Assembly (NCBI RefSeq): GCF_004010195.1
Contig: NC_057719.1
Location: 90,750,897-90,814,896, forward strand
DNA length: 64,000 bases
DNA from: Chiloscyllium plagiosum
Lineage: Eukaryota
Direction of reading: 5' to 3'
Shown here: positions 38,078 to 50,039 of the stretch, piece by piece
How positions within the stretch are numbered: position 1 is the first letter of the stretch
Layout of the letters: each line of letters opens with the position of its first letter
Notes under the pieces: model-generated
What the model was told of the DNA's origin: nothing
Seen by the model: the letters and a program-made list of their open reading frames with translations, nothing else
Database searches by the model: none
Position numbers and translations under genes: made by a program

Positions 38078-38912
38078 TTAGATTAGATTCTCTACAGAGT
38101 GGAAACAGGCCCTTTGGCCCAACAAGTCCACACCGACCCGCCGAAGCGCAACCCACCCAGACCCATTCCCCTACATTTACCTTGGTTAGGCCACATTTGG
38201 AGTACTGTGTGCAGTTCTGATCGCCTCACTTTAGGAAAGATGTGGAAGCTTTGGAGAGGGTGCAGAGAAGATTTACCAGGATGTTGCCTGGAATGGAGAA
38301 TAGGTCGTACGAGGATAGGTTGAGAGTGCTAGGCCTTTTCCGATTGGAATGGCGAAGGATGAGGGGTGACTTGATAGAGGTGTATAAGATGATCAGGGGA
38401 ATAGATAGACAGTCAGAGACTTTTTCCCCGGGTACAACAGAGTGTTACAAGGGGACATAAATTTAAGGTGAAGGGTGGAAGGTATAGGGGAGATGTCAGG
38501 GGTAGGTTCTTTACCCAGAGAGTGGTGGGGGCATGGAATGCGCTGCCTGTGGGAGTGGCAGAGTCAGAATCATTGGCGACATTTAAGCGGCAATTGGATA
38601 GGTACATGGATGGGTGCTTAAGCTAGGACAAATGTTCGTCACAACATCGTGGGCCGAAGGGCCTGTTCTGTGCTGTATTGTTCTATGTTCTATGTACCCC
38701 TTTGCCTAACACTACGGGCAATTTAGCATGGCCAATTCACCTAACCTGCACATCTTTGGACTGTGGGAGGAAACTGGAGTACCCGGAGGAAACCCACGCA
38801 GACACTGGGAGAATGTGCAAACTCCACAAAGTCATTCGCATGAGGCGGGAATTGAACCCAGGTCTCTGGCACTGTGAGGCAGCAGTGCTAACCACTGTGC
38901 CACCATGCCACC
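38078..38912 (-). mobile_element. HE1-type SINE split by a young CR1 3' fragment (38183-38694, +)
   Basis: SINE tail 38078-38182 and head 38695-38912; insert reads VRPHLEYCVQF...ERVQRRFTRMLPG with (ttctatg)n tail. Confidence 0.9.
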
Positions 38913-39229
38913 CACTAATCAGTATAATCAGTAAGGTCGCCGATGACACAAAATAGTGTGATAAATTGCAAGGAGGAAAGCCTTAGCCTACAGAACTATA
39001 TGGAAAGGTGGTCACATGAGCAGAATAGTGGCAAAGGAAATTTAATCTTGAAAAATGTCAAGTGATGCATTTTGAGAGGACTAACAAGGAAAGACAGTAC
39101 ATGTAGAATCCTATGACTGTAGGAGGTACAGAGAATCAGAGACACTTCAGCTTGCACGTCCATAGGTTGTGCAGAAAAGAGGATAGCCAGCTAACATGGC
39201 CAAGGTATATGAAATATTGTCCTTATTAG

Positions 39230-39426
39230 TCAAGAGTGTGGTGCTGGAAAGGCAAAGCAGGTCAGGCAGCATCCGAGGAGCAGGAGAATCAATGTTTCGG
39301 GCATGAGCTCTAATGGGCTTATGCCCAAAGCATCGATTCTCCTGTTCCTTGGATGCTGTCTGACCTGCTGTGCTTTTGCATTACCACACTCTTGACTCTG
39401 ATCTGCAGTCCTCGCTTTCTCCTATG
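39230..39426. mobile_element. PLE-derived asymmetric palindrome
   Basis: 12-bp TSD tgtccttattag (39218-39229, 39427-39438). Confidence 0.85.
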
Positions 39427-39659
39427 TGTCCTTATTAGCCAAGTACTTGAGTACAAGAGCAAGGAGATTAAATGGAACTGCATATAACATTAGATAGTTT
39501 TCCAGCTGTGTGGCCTATGTGCAGTTCTGATCATCACACTATAGAAACATTGTGATTGAACTGGAGAGGGTGCAGAAGAGATTCACCAGAATGTTGCCTA
39601 GGTTGAAGTAATTCAGCTATGAAGAAACATTAGATAAGCTAGGGTTGTTTTCCTTAAAG

Positions 39660-41359
39660 GAGAAAGTGAGGGCTGCAGATACTAGAGATCAGAGCTGAAA
39701 ATGTGTTGCTGGAAAAGCGCAGCAGATCAGGCAGCATCCAAGGAGCAGGAGAATCGACGTTTGGGCATAAGCCCTTCTTCAGGAATGAGGAAAGTGTGTC
39801 CAGCAGGCTAAGATAAAAGGTAGGGAAGAGGGACTTGGGGGAGGGGCGTTGGAAATGCAATAGGTACTATCTACTGTCACCTATGTCTCACATAGGGAAC
39901 AACAATGGATTAGCTAAGGTGAACCATGAAAAATATCCATTTTATTGAGTCTAACCTTAGGAAAGCAAACAGATTTACTCTGGCATTACAGCAGAGTCAG
40001 GAAACTTCACAATTCACTGAAGCCAAAATAAAAGAAAATCCTTGATTTTCTCACTATGGACACAAAATTTATTCTCTCTCTCCCAGTTCATACTCATGAC
40101 ACTAATGGCAAAATTATCATTGGTAGAAATTGTTGACAGAAATGTGAACTGTAAAATAAGTCTCACTAGTAGAGGTGGTGGTCAGGCTGATTAGTGAATA
40201 ATACTAATGTGGAAAATAGCCATGGATAGGCTGGGCATATAAATAATCTCTTGCAGACAAATTGTTAGATAATATTTGAAATTGGATCTGAAACAATGAT
40301 TGCTTCCCATTGATTGGGAGATGGATTATTAGAAAGTTGCATTAATTAGGTTAAATCACCAAAAAGCTCATATTCCAAAACACCATCAAATTTGAAATGA
40401 ACAGAAGAGAAAACAGAATAAATCTAGACGTACAGGTTAGAAAATGCTGAACTTTGAAGCATATTGATTGTAAGAAAAGAAAACTGAAGGAGGCAAGCAT
40501 TTTCACAAGTCAATTTCTAGGTGTTTGTAAATTAGATGAAAACTGAGAACAAACAAGATATATATACAAGGATTGTATGAATTGCATAAGTCTATATAAA
40601 AAGATCAGTAATGACATATGAACAATGATTATACACAATGAAATCCCATTCCCAGGTCAGATAGCATATGTTCAGGATTAGGGATGTGGGGCTTTGGTCT
40701 GGTCTGGAAGTTTATATATTAAGTATTAATGGACTGGAATGTAAACTGTTTACATATAAATGACTGATGAATAATTATTTAAAATTAATTTTGTCAGATT
40801 AATTATCATTGTGATTTTACCCACAAAGCATGTTTTTCCATCACTCGGTTACTATGTAGTTTCAAAGCTATAGTATCAGAGGTGTAGAAGATGTTGACTG
40901 CCTTGACTCACACAGATATGACACATCACTGAAAAATTCAAGTAGAGAAAGGGAAAAAATAAAAAGACACTTTATATCTCAATCAAAGAAAATTAATTAA
41001 TTAACCATTAAGTAGGAATGTTTCTTTGGCAATGCTGTTCACAGCAATGACCTCCCAATTCATAAAAATATTTCTGACTGAGTTTGGTAATTAGAATCAT
41101 TGGTTTTCCTAACCTGCAATCTTCTTCCTGACCTCTCCGCCCCCACCCCACTCCGGCCTATCACCCTCACCTTGACCTCCCTCCACCTATTGCATTTCCA
41201 ATGCCCCTCCCCCAAGTCCCTCCTCCCTACCTTTTATCTTAGCCTGCTGGACACACTTTCCTCATTCCTGAAGAAGGGCTAATGCCCAAATTGTCGATTC
41301 TCCTGTTCCTTGGATGCTGCCTGACCTGCTGCGCTTTTCCAGCAACACATTTTCAGCTC
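39660..41359. mobile_element. Composite PLE insertion: inverted arms (39660-39865, 41100-41359) enclosing 1.2 kb of unrelated DNA
   Basis: 15-bp TSD ttgttttccttaaag (39645-39659, 41360-41374); host CR1 continues seamlessly. Confidence 0.85.
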
Positions 41360-42889
41360 TTGTTTTCCTTAAAGCCAGGGGAGGATCTGATTGAGGGATA
41401 CAAAGTTCTGAGGAGCCTAGACAGGGTCGATAGAAAGAAACCTGTCCCCTTCGAGGGGTCAATACCAGGAAGCACAGTTTTAGAGGTGATTTGAGAAAAG
41501 ATGTTTTCATGCAGAGTGTTGTGGTACCTGGAACTCACTGCTTAAAAAGGATAGTAGAGGCATTTAAAAATTGTTAAGATGAGCACTTGAAATTTACACA
41601 TAAAGCACAGAGCAAACACTTCAAAATGTAGATAGATATTTGATGACTGGTACAGACAAGATGGGCCGGAGGCCGTGTTTCCATGCTGGAAAACCTCAAT
41701 GATTCTATGAGTAAAAATTTCCCCTAGGAATTTGTCCTGTGGTAAAATTTAGCATTAGTTTGAGAGGGAGAAAACTGTTTCAGAAACATCTATTCCATAG
41801 TTAAAAAAAAGGAGTGAGCACTGCAGATGTTAAAGATCAGAGTCAAAATGTGTGCTGCTGGAAAAGCCTAGCCAGTCAGGCAGCATCCGAGGAGCAGGAA
41901 AGTTGACATTTCAAGAATAAGCCCTTCATCAAGAATGTGGGGGGTGCCCGAGAGGGCTGAGAGATAAATGGGAGGGGGAGAGGGACTCTGTGGAAGGTAG
42001 CTGAGAGTGCAATAGGTAGATGAAGGTGGGGGGTGATGGCGATAGGTCGGAGCAGAGGGTGGAGCAAATAGATGGGAAAGAAGATGGACCGATTGGACAG
42101 TTCAAGAGGGCGGTACCAAGTTGGATCTGGGATAATGTCAGGGGGTGGGAGATGAGGAGACTGGTGAAATTGGCATTGATTCCAAATGGTACCAGGTGGT
42201 CCCAAGGTGGAAGATGAGATATTCTTCCTCCAGGCATCTGATGGCTAGAATTTGGCAGTGGAGGAGACCCAGGACTTGCATGTCCTTGGCAGAGTTGGAG
42301 GGGGAGTTGAAGTGTTCAGCCACAGGGTGGTGGAGTTATTCAGTGTGTGGTGTGTCCCAGAGATGTTCTATGAAACGTTCTGCAAGTTGGCATCCCGTCT
42401 GTCCGATGTAGAGGAGACCATATCGGGAACAACGAACACCGTAGATAATGTGTGTGGAGGTGCAGGAAAATCTCTGCTGAATGTGGAAAGATCCTTTGGA
42501 TGGAGGTGAGGGGAGATGGTGTGGGCGTAGGTTTTAAACCTCTTGTATAAGGTGCCAGGAATGGACGGTGAGTTGGTGGGGGGTGTGTAGACCTAACAAG
42601 CAAGTTGCGGAGGGAATGGTCCCTGCAGAATGCAGTTAGGGTTGGGGAGGGAAATATATCCTTGGTGGTGGGGTCTGTTTATAAATGGCGGAAATGGCCA
42701 AAGATGATACATTGTATCTAGAGGTTGATGGGCTGGAAGGTGAGGACTGGGGGGAGGATGGGGGGTGTTCTGTCCTTGCTGCAATTGGAGGGGTGGGGTT
42801 CAAGGGCAGAAATGTGGGAAGTGGAGTAGATGCGCTGGAGGGCATTGAATACCACATGGATGGGGACGTTGAGGTCCTTGAAGAAGGAG

Positions 42890-43031
42890 AAAGTGAGGAC
42901 TGCAGATGCTGGAGATCAGAGCTGAAAATGTGTTGCTGGAAAAGCGCAGCAGGTCAGGCAGCATCCAAGGAACAGGTGAATCGACGTTTCGGGCATAAGG
43001 GCTTATGCCCGAAACGTCGATTCTCCTGTTA
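42890..43031. mobile_element. Short PLE palindrome nested in the older PLE
   Basis: 13-bp TSD cttgaagaaggag (42877-42889, 43032-43044). Confidence 0.85.
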
Positions 43032-43075
43032 CTTGAAGAAGGAGGCCATCTGGGATATTCTGTGGTGGAATTTGG

Positions 43076-43422
43076 GCCAGCACGGTGGCTCAGTGGTTAG
43101 CACTGTTGCCTCCCAGCACTGGACACCCGGGTTCGATTCCAACCTCGGGCGACTATCTGTGTGGTGTTTTCACATTTTCCCTGTGTCTGCGTAGGTTTCC
43201 TCCAGGTCCTCCGGTTTCCTTGCATAGTTCAAAGATGTGCAGGCTAGGTGAATTGGCCATGCTAAATTGTCCATAGTGTTCGGGAATTTGGAGTTCAGAT
43301 GCATTAGACAAGGGAAATGTGCAGTAATAACGTCGGGAAATGGGTATGGGTGAGATACTCTTCGGAAGGTTGGTGTGGACTTGGACCCAAGGGCCTGTTT
43401 CCACACTGTAGGGATTTATGAT
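43076..43422 (+). mobile_element. HE1-type SINE nested in PLE
   Basis: cagcacggtggctcagtggttagcac head; core; CR1-like tail. Confidence 0.85.
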
Positions 43423-44585
43423 TTTCTGGTCTTCCTGGGAACCGATGTGGTGTAGGCAGAGGAATTGGGAGTAAGGGATAGCGTTTTTATAGGAGGCAGA
43501 ATGTGAGGAGGTTATAGTCCAGATAGCTGTGGGAGCCATTGGGATTGAAGGAGATGTCCATGTTGAATCTGTATCCCGAAATGGGGTTTGGAGAGGAAGG
43601 GGAGGGAGGTGTCCAAGATGGTCCAGGTGAGCTTGAGGTCAGGGTGGAAGGTGTTTATGAAATTCATGAACTGTTCAACCTCCGCAAATAATGGCACCAA
43701 TACAGTCATCGATTTAGTGGAGGAAAAGGTGGCGAATGGTGCTGGTGTAGCTGCAGAAGATAGATCCTTCCACATCCGACAGAGATTTTCCTGTACCTCT
43801 AAACAAGTCATCTTTTGTGTCCGTTGCTCTCAATGTGGTTAAACAAGTCATCTTTTGTGTCCGTTGCTCTCAATGTGGTCTCCTCTACACTGGGGAGCCA
43901 GGAGGCCAACTTGTGGAACATTTCAGAGAACGTCTCTGAAAACACTAAGCAACCCCACCACCCTGTGGCCAAAACTTCAACTCCCCCCTCCCAGAATATG
44001 CAAGCCTTGGTCGCTTCCACTGCCAAATTCTAGCCACCCAACGCCTGGAGGAAGAATGCCTCATCTTCCGCCTTGGGACCCTCCAACCACACTGGATCAA
44101 TGTCGATTTCATCAGTTTCCTCATCTCCCCTCCCTCAACCTTATCGCAGATCCAGCCCTCCAACTTGGCACCACCCTCTTTACCTGTCCTACCTGTCCGT
44201 CTTCCTTCCCACCTATCTGCTCCAATCTCGAGTCTGACCTATCATTATCATGCCCCACCTTCATCCACCTATCGCATTCCCAGCTACCTTCCCCCGAGCC
44301 CACTTGGGTACCCCCCACATTCCTGATGAAGAATATATGCTTGAAATATCGACTTTCCTGCTCCTCAGGTGCTGCCTGACCAGCTGTGCTTTTCCAGCAC
44401 CACACGTTTTGACATAGATAAATAAGAGTTAGTAGGGTTGAATGAGCTGGAGTAGATTGGGAACGGAGTTAAGAGCAAAGTCAGTTGAGGACCACTGGTA
44501 GAATTTTAAGAAAATAGTTCATGGCTCACAACTTAGATATATCCCACTGAGAAAAAGGGATTCTCAGAGGGAATAAGCTAATCAG

Positions 44586-44783
44586 TTAAAAATCACACAA
44601 CACCAGTTTATAGTCCAACAGGTTTAATTGGAAGCGCTAGCTTTCGGAGTGACGCCCCTTCATCAGGTGGTTGTGACGCTCCGAAAGCTAGTGCTTCCAA
44701 TTAAACCTGTTGGACTATAACCTGGTGTTTTGTGATTTTTAACTTTGTACACCCCAGTCCAACACCGGCATCTCCAAATCATG
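44586..44783. mobile_element. Palindrome of a further PLE family with hammerhead core on the minus strand (44638-44667)
   Basis: Inverted arms of about 65 bp plus tail; reverse complement CTGATGAaGGGG cgtca CTCCGAAAGCTA; single-arm relatives near 3455, 7530 and 19020. Confidence 0.8.
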
Positions 44784-45782
44784 GTTAATCAGGGTGGTTA
44801 AATGTTGCATGAAATTGAAGAAAATTCCTACAATGTGATAATAATACTCCAAAAATACTAACTTTTCAAGTGTCAAATGGAAGAGAGGAAATAAAATCAG
44901 TGAATATTACTAGAGTCAACCACTGACATGGTCGCTGACGGATAAGTCCCATGGGCCTGATGGGATAAGTCCTAGAGTATTAAAGGAAGTAGCTCGAGAT
45001 AGTAGATGCACTGGTAGTTATCCACCAATCTTATTTACCGTATTCATGCACAATAACCCCAATGTAGACTTTATTACTTTCTCTTACACAGAGGCCAGCT
45101 GATAACTTAGTATTTCCTCTTTGCGCAATGTTGAACTACTCTGTCCTTCTGCACTACCTGGTGTACTTAAATTTGTACTTTATTCATCTTTTTTAAAATG
45201 TATGATTCTGCCCATCCCCTTAGCAATTTAGTTTTAACCTTTCCCAATTACACTAGTGAACCTCTATAGGAAGGCATTGGTTACAGTCCTGTCGAGAGGC
45301 AATATGTTCCTTTGAATAAGTGCTTTCTGCATGAGAACTGATCCCAATGCCCCAAGAACCTGAAGTCCTCCTACCTGTACCATGATTAAAGTCAATCATT
45401 GACTTCCCCCCCCTTTACCCTTTCTACTTTTGGTTCTTGCTGGCACGTAACACTGACAGTAATCCAAAGATGACTTCCCTTTTGAAGTCCTATGTTTTAA
45501 ATTCAATATAACTTTCAAAAGGAATTGGAATACATAAGAACAAAATAAATTGTCAGCCCATGAGAACATGTTGGAGAAATATAACTAATTAGATTGAGCT
45601 TTCAAACAACTGACACAAGTATAATGGGCCAAAGGGCCAACTGTATTGAACAGGGCTATGAAATTAACTTTAGACTTTGAGTTAAATAATCTATGGTGTA
45701 GAGAACAGAAAATGATATGTAATGTTACTTTTGATTTACATTAAGATCCTTTTCATTCATTTGTTGCATATTTCTGTTTCAG

Positions 45783-45855
45783 AATCACTGCTGCTACCCA
45801 CATCCATGATGCCAGCAGCCGATCCCACGCCATCTTTACCGTCCATTACACTCAG
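45783..45855 (+). CDS. STARD9: STARD9 coding exon, 73 bp, switch I (ITAATHIHDASSRSHAIFTVHYTQ)
   Basis: tttctgtttcag acceptor, gtttgc donor; SSRSHAIF motif; phase 2/0. Confidence 0.97.
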
Positions 45856-47131
45856 GTTTGCAAAATATAGTTTTGACATGTTTTGGTCTGCCTCTTCCAA
45901 TTTATTTTCTTAACAGAGTGCACTCTTTCCATGCTAAATCCTCTTCTAAAATTGTGCACCTCCAGCCAGTGCAATTGGATTTTGTTACCTGACTGCTACT
46001 CGCCGACTGGAAATGTTTTACAAGTAATAAACTGTCTGTTTGTTTAGTCGTCATTCATGTCCTAAAATGAAACCTTTAATTAATCCTTTACCATGTATTG
46101 TAAACCTTCACAAGCCTTGCGACCATGTATTGTATTTGCTATCCTCAGAAGATGGGAATAGGAGGAGACTATTTATCGCCTCAAGCCTGTTCCGCCATTC
46201 ATTTAGGTCCTGGCTGATCGGCATCTTTGAACCACTTTGAACATAGAACACTGTTGCTCTTTTTCCCTTCATGTACTTCTCTTTATTGATCTCAGCTTTG
46301 AAATATTCAAATAATGAATTTCCGCTGACGTTTGAGGAGACAGAATTCCAGATTCCAGTGTAGCCTTTATAGGATGATCTGCTTCCTGACATTGCCCCTG
46401 AACAGCCTGGTTCTCATTTTAAATTATGCCTACCTTGGTTAGGCTTCACGCCACAGAGGAAGTAGGATCTGCCTGTTGACTTTATCAACTCCTTCAGGGT
46501 AGCCTTTTATCTTCTCAAAGGAATACAAATTCAGTCAATGCAATTTGTCCGCATAAATTAGTTCTGGTTATCATTGTTTTAAATCGGTGCTGCACTCCCT
46601 CCAAGCCCCCTTCCTGAGGCTTCATGTCTCCGATCAGTACACACTACCGCAGATGCCTTTCAATGTATCCTAGTACAGAATCATGGCAGTGTACTGGAGG
46701 AGTTGTCAGGATGGAGATTTTTCGCTGTGCCGAGGGAATGATTTTGAGGGAGATGGGGGACTCTCTTTGTGGTGGTCTATGCTCGACCACATCTAGGATT
46801 TTCTGGGGAGCTTCAACTCGATGTGATTGAAATTGGGGTGTGGCTGTCCAGTAATTGCAGAACCATTGTTGATTTTCTAACTAGGTTGCAGGAGGTTATT
46901 TCTAGTGATCCTTTTTTTTTTGCTGAATCCACTGATCAGGAAACCCAGGAAAAGACACCCACCCACCACTGTCCCAACCATGCGAGGAATCCTGCAGTGG
47001 CACTCCTGCAGACTAATCTTCTGATCTCCCTCTCTTCCCCTTTATTTTGGGCTTCTGCTCGGTAATTCTCTGAAAACCTGAGTCAAATTGAGGAAGTTGC
47101 TATCAGCTGATCACAACTATCCTTTAATGTT

Positions 47132-47340
47132 AAGAACAAAAAAAAACTGCAGCTGCTGTAAATCGGAACAAAAACAGAAATTGCTGGTAAAGCTCAGCAG
47201 GTCTGGCAGCATCTGTGGAGAGAAATTAGAAATTAGAACAGTTCTGAGGAAGAGTCACTCGAACTGAAACGTTTATGCTAATTTCTCTCCACAAAAGGTG
47301 CTAGACCTGCTGAGCTTTTCCAGCAATTTCTATTTTTGCT
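47132..47340. mobile_element. Older PLE asymmetric palindrome with degenerate hammerhead (47244-47273)
   Basis: Candidate TSD tttaatgtt (47123-47131, 47346-47354); CTGAGGA...GAAACGTT. Confidence 0.75.
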
Positions 47341-47454
47341 AATGATTTAATGTTCTTATCGCCCTCTGCTAAGGTGAGGCTTCTATTGTTTCATTGTTTC
47401 TTTAAAAAAAAATCAGTTTCATCCTTTCAGACCAATATTTACTCACTTTTTTAT

Positions 47455-48380
47455 TAGAGTCATAGAGATGTACAGCTTAGAAACAGATCCTTTCTTCCAA
47501 CCCGAACATGCTGACCAGATATCCCAACCCAATCTAGTCCCACCTGCCAGCACCTGCCCCATATCCCTCCAAACCCTTCCTATTCATATACCCAACCAGA
47601 AGCCTTATAAATGTTGCAATTGTACCAGCCTCCACCACTTCCTCGTGCAGCTCATTCCACACACGTACCACCCTCTGTGTGAAAACATTGCCCCTTAGGT
47701 CTCTTTTATATCTTTCCCCTCTCACCCTAACCTGTGCCCTCTAGTTCTGGGCTCCCCCACCCCAGGGAGAAGTCTTTGTAGATTTATTCTATCCATGCTC
47801 CTCATGATTTTATAAACCTCTGTAAGGTCACCCCTCAGCTTCCGATGCTCCAGGGAAAACAGCCCCAGCCGATTCAGCCTCTCCCTGTAGCTCAAATCCT
47901 CCAACCCTGGCAACATCCTTGTAAATCTTTTCTGAACCCTTTCAAATTTCACAGCATCATTCCAATAGGAAGGAGACCAGAATTGCATGCAACTTTCCAA
48001 AAGTGGCCTAACCAATGTCCTGTACAGCTGCAACATGACCTCCCAACTCCTGTACTCAATACTCTGACCAATAAAGGAGAGCATGAAAAAGCCTATCTAC
48101 TCGCGACTCCACTTTCAATGAGCTATGAACCTGCACTCCAAGGTCTCTTTGTTCAGCAACACTGCCTCGGACTTGACCAATAAGTGTATAAGGTTGAAAC
48201 TTTATTGCTGGAACAGCACAGCAGGTCAGGCAGCATCCAGGGAACAGGAGATAGGTAACCTCCTTCACTGTCCACTACACCTCCAATTTTGGTGTCATCT
48301 GCAAACATACTAACTGTACCTCTTATGCTCACATATAAATCATTTATATAAATGACGAAAAGTAGTGGACCCCAGCACCA
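47455..48380 (-). mobile_element. CR1 3' portion with a small PLE fragment (about 48192-48252)
   Basis: ORFs 47534..47725 and 47722..48084. Confidence 0.9.
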
Positions 48381-49244
48381 ATATTGTTTACAGCTAATCT
48401 TATAATTTGCTTTATTTTGTGGTCACCAATTGTTAGAACAAAACTAAGAGCAGTTTGCTCAGGTGACATCAGTTATCCCTTTCTTTGTTGCCAGAGAGAT
48501 CTTGTGAGTAGTGTGTACAAAAGATTGCATTTCGTTTGTAACTTTCCTTGGTGCTGTACTGTAACATGTTGACTTGTGAACATGGACAGAAATTCTTGAC
48601 CTCACCCTAACAAATATGTGCCAACTGTTGGACTAGCAGAGGGTCAATGTTGTGTGGCATATGTTGGCTTTGAATAGGAGGCATCTCCTCCTAGAGATAA
48701 GGTATGAAGTTCTGCTCTGGTTTGGACTGAAATATTTTAATGTTCTGTTTGAAATAAAATAGAATGCATGGTGTAGTATGTCAAGACGTACCACAAAACC
48801 TATCCAGAATTTAACCTTAGGTCATCGGTTAATTATTTATGTTTCAACAATAAAAGGCTTCTCTCGAGTGCGGGGAATAAAACCATAAAATTAAAACTAA
48901 GCCATTCATGAGTGAGGTCAGGAAGCACTCCTTCATCCATCCATTGGTGGAAAGCTGAAACCATTGTCCCCAGAATGTCCACAGCAGCTTTCAAATCTGA
49001 AAGGGTCTTGAAGGATATGGAACAAAGACAGATAAATGGAATTAAGACACAGAACAATCGTGATCTTATGAAATGGTGGAGCTAGCCTAAGGGATTCATT
49101 GTCCATTATGTTCCTGTGTATGTATTTCTATGGATACATTGGCCAATTAAACAGTGTTATGATTTAAAAAAAAATTAAAATACAAAGATTTTGCTCTAAA
49201 TGTCTGTTAATGTAAAATAATTTATCTCAATTTCTGTATTTTAG

Positions 49245-49312
49245 GCAATTTTGGAGAGTCACCTTCCATCAGAGATAGTTAGCAAAATTAACCTTGTTGA
49301 TTTGGCAGGCAG
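49245..49312 (+). CDS. STARD9: STARD9 coding exon, 68 bp, switch II (AILESHLPSEIVSKINLVDLAGS)
   Basis: ttttag acceptor, gtgagt donor; SKINLVDLAGS motif; phase 0/2. Confidence 0.97.
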
Positions 49313-50039
49313 GTGAGTCACTGGGTATTTTGTATATTAGGAAAGATGACTAATCTGTAGTAACACACAGTTTTTTGTCAGTCCACAATCTCTCAATTGA
49401 TTAATGGGTTGATTTTGATGAGTGGAGCCTTGTGCATGCATAGGGCTGGTGCATGTGTGGCTGCTGGCTTTTTGGTAACAGCGGGAGCATTCTTACTCTG
49501 TGCCAGCAAACCATTCTCAAACAATGTGTAAACCTTTCCCATCCAGAACCTTGGCTGAACGTAGTAACCTTTACTCAAGCGTTATTGAATCATTACAGTG
49601 TTGAAAGAAGCCATTTAGCACGTTGAGTCTATGCTGGTTCTCTAGAACAATTCGGTCAGTCCCATTTCATGGTTGAGTCCCTATATCCTGAAAGTTTTTT
49701 TTTTCCTCAACTGTCCATCCAATTTCCTTTTAAAATCATGTCTCCGGTGCTTTCTTGCAAGTGCGTATCAGGTCATTACTACTTGCTGCATAAAGAGATT
49801 CTTGTTCACACTCCCCTGTATCTTTTGTCCAAAACATTTATTCCATTTCCCATAATCCTTGTACCATCAACTAATGGGGACACCATTTCTTTGTCTCCCT
49901 CATCTTAATCTCTGAACATGAGCCATTTTCTCTCCAGACCCCTTTGTCTCTGCACCCCCTGTAGAGTTGAGCTGTTAAGCGCATCAATGAGTTATTTATT
50001 GTTTGAGCCAGGACCATGATGGCCAGGGTTCAATCATAT

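Larger units (their letters stand above)
37175..41710 (+). mobile_element. Old CR1 copy fragmented by nested SINE, CR1 and PLE insertions
   Basis: Colinear ORF2 remnants resume after each insert (38911, 39427, 41360); tail at about 41660-41710. Confidence 0.75.
41806..44412. mobile_element. Large degraded Neptune-type PLE inverted pair (RT C-terminus plus GIY-YIG)
   Basis: Minus arm to about 43765 (FINTFHPDLK.TW..LPFL; NAIPYSQFL); plus arm 43766-44412; imperfect TSD catagttaaa/catagataaa. Confidence 0.8.

Noticed and set aside
46640..47100. Unassigned segment with short ORFs
   Set aside because: Could not be matched to any family or motif from sequence alone.
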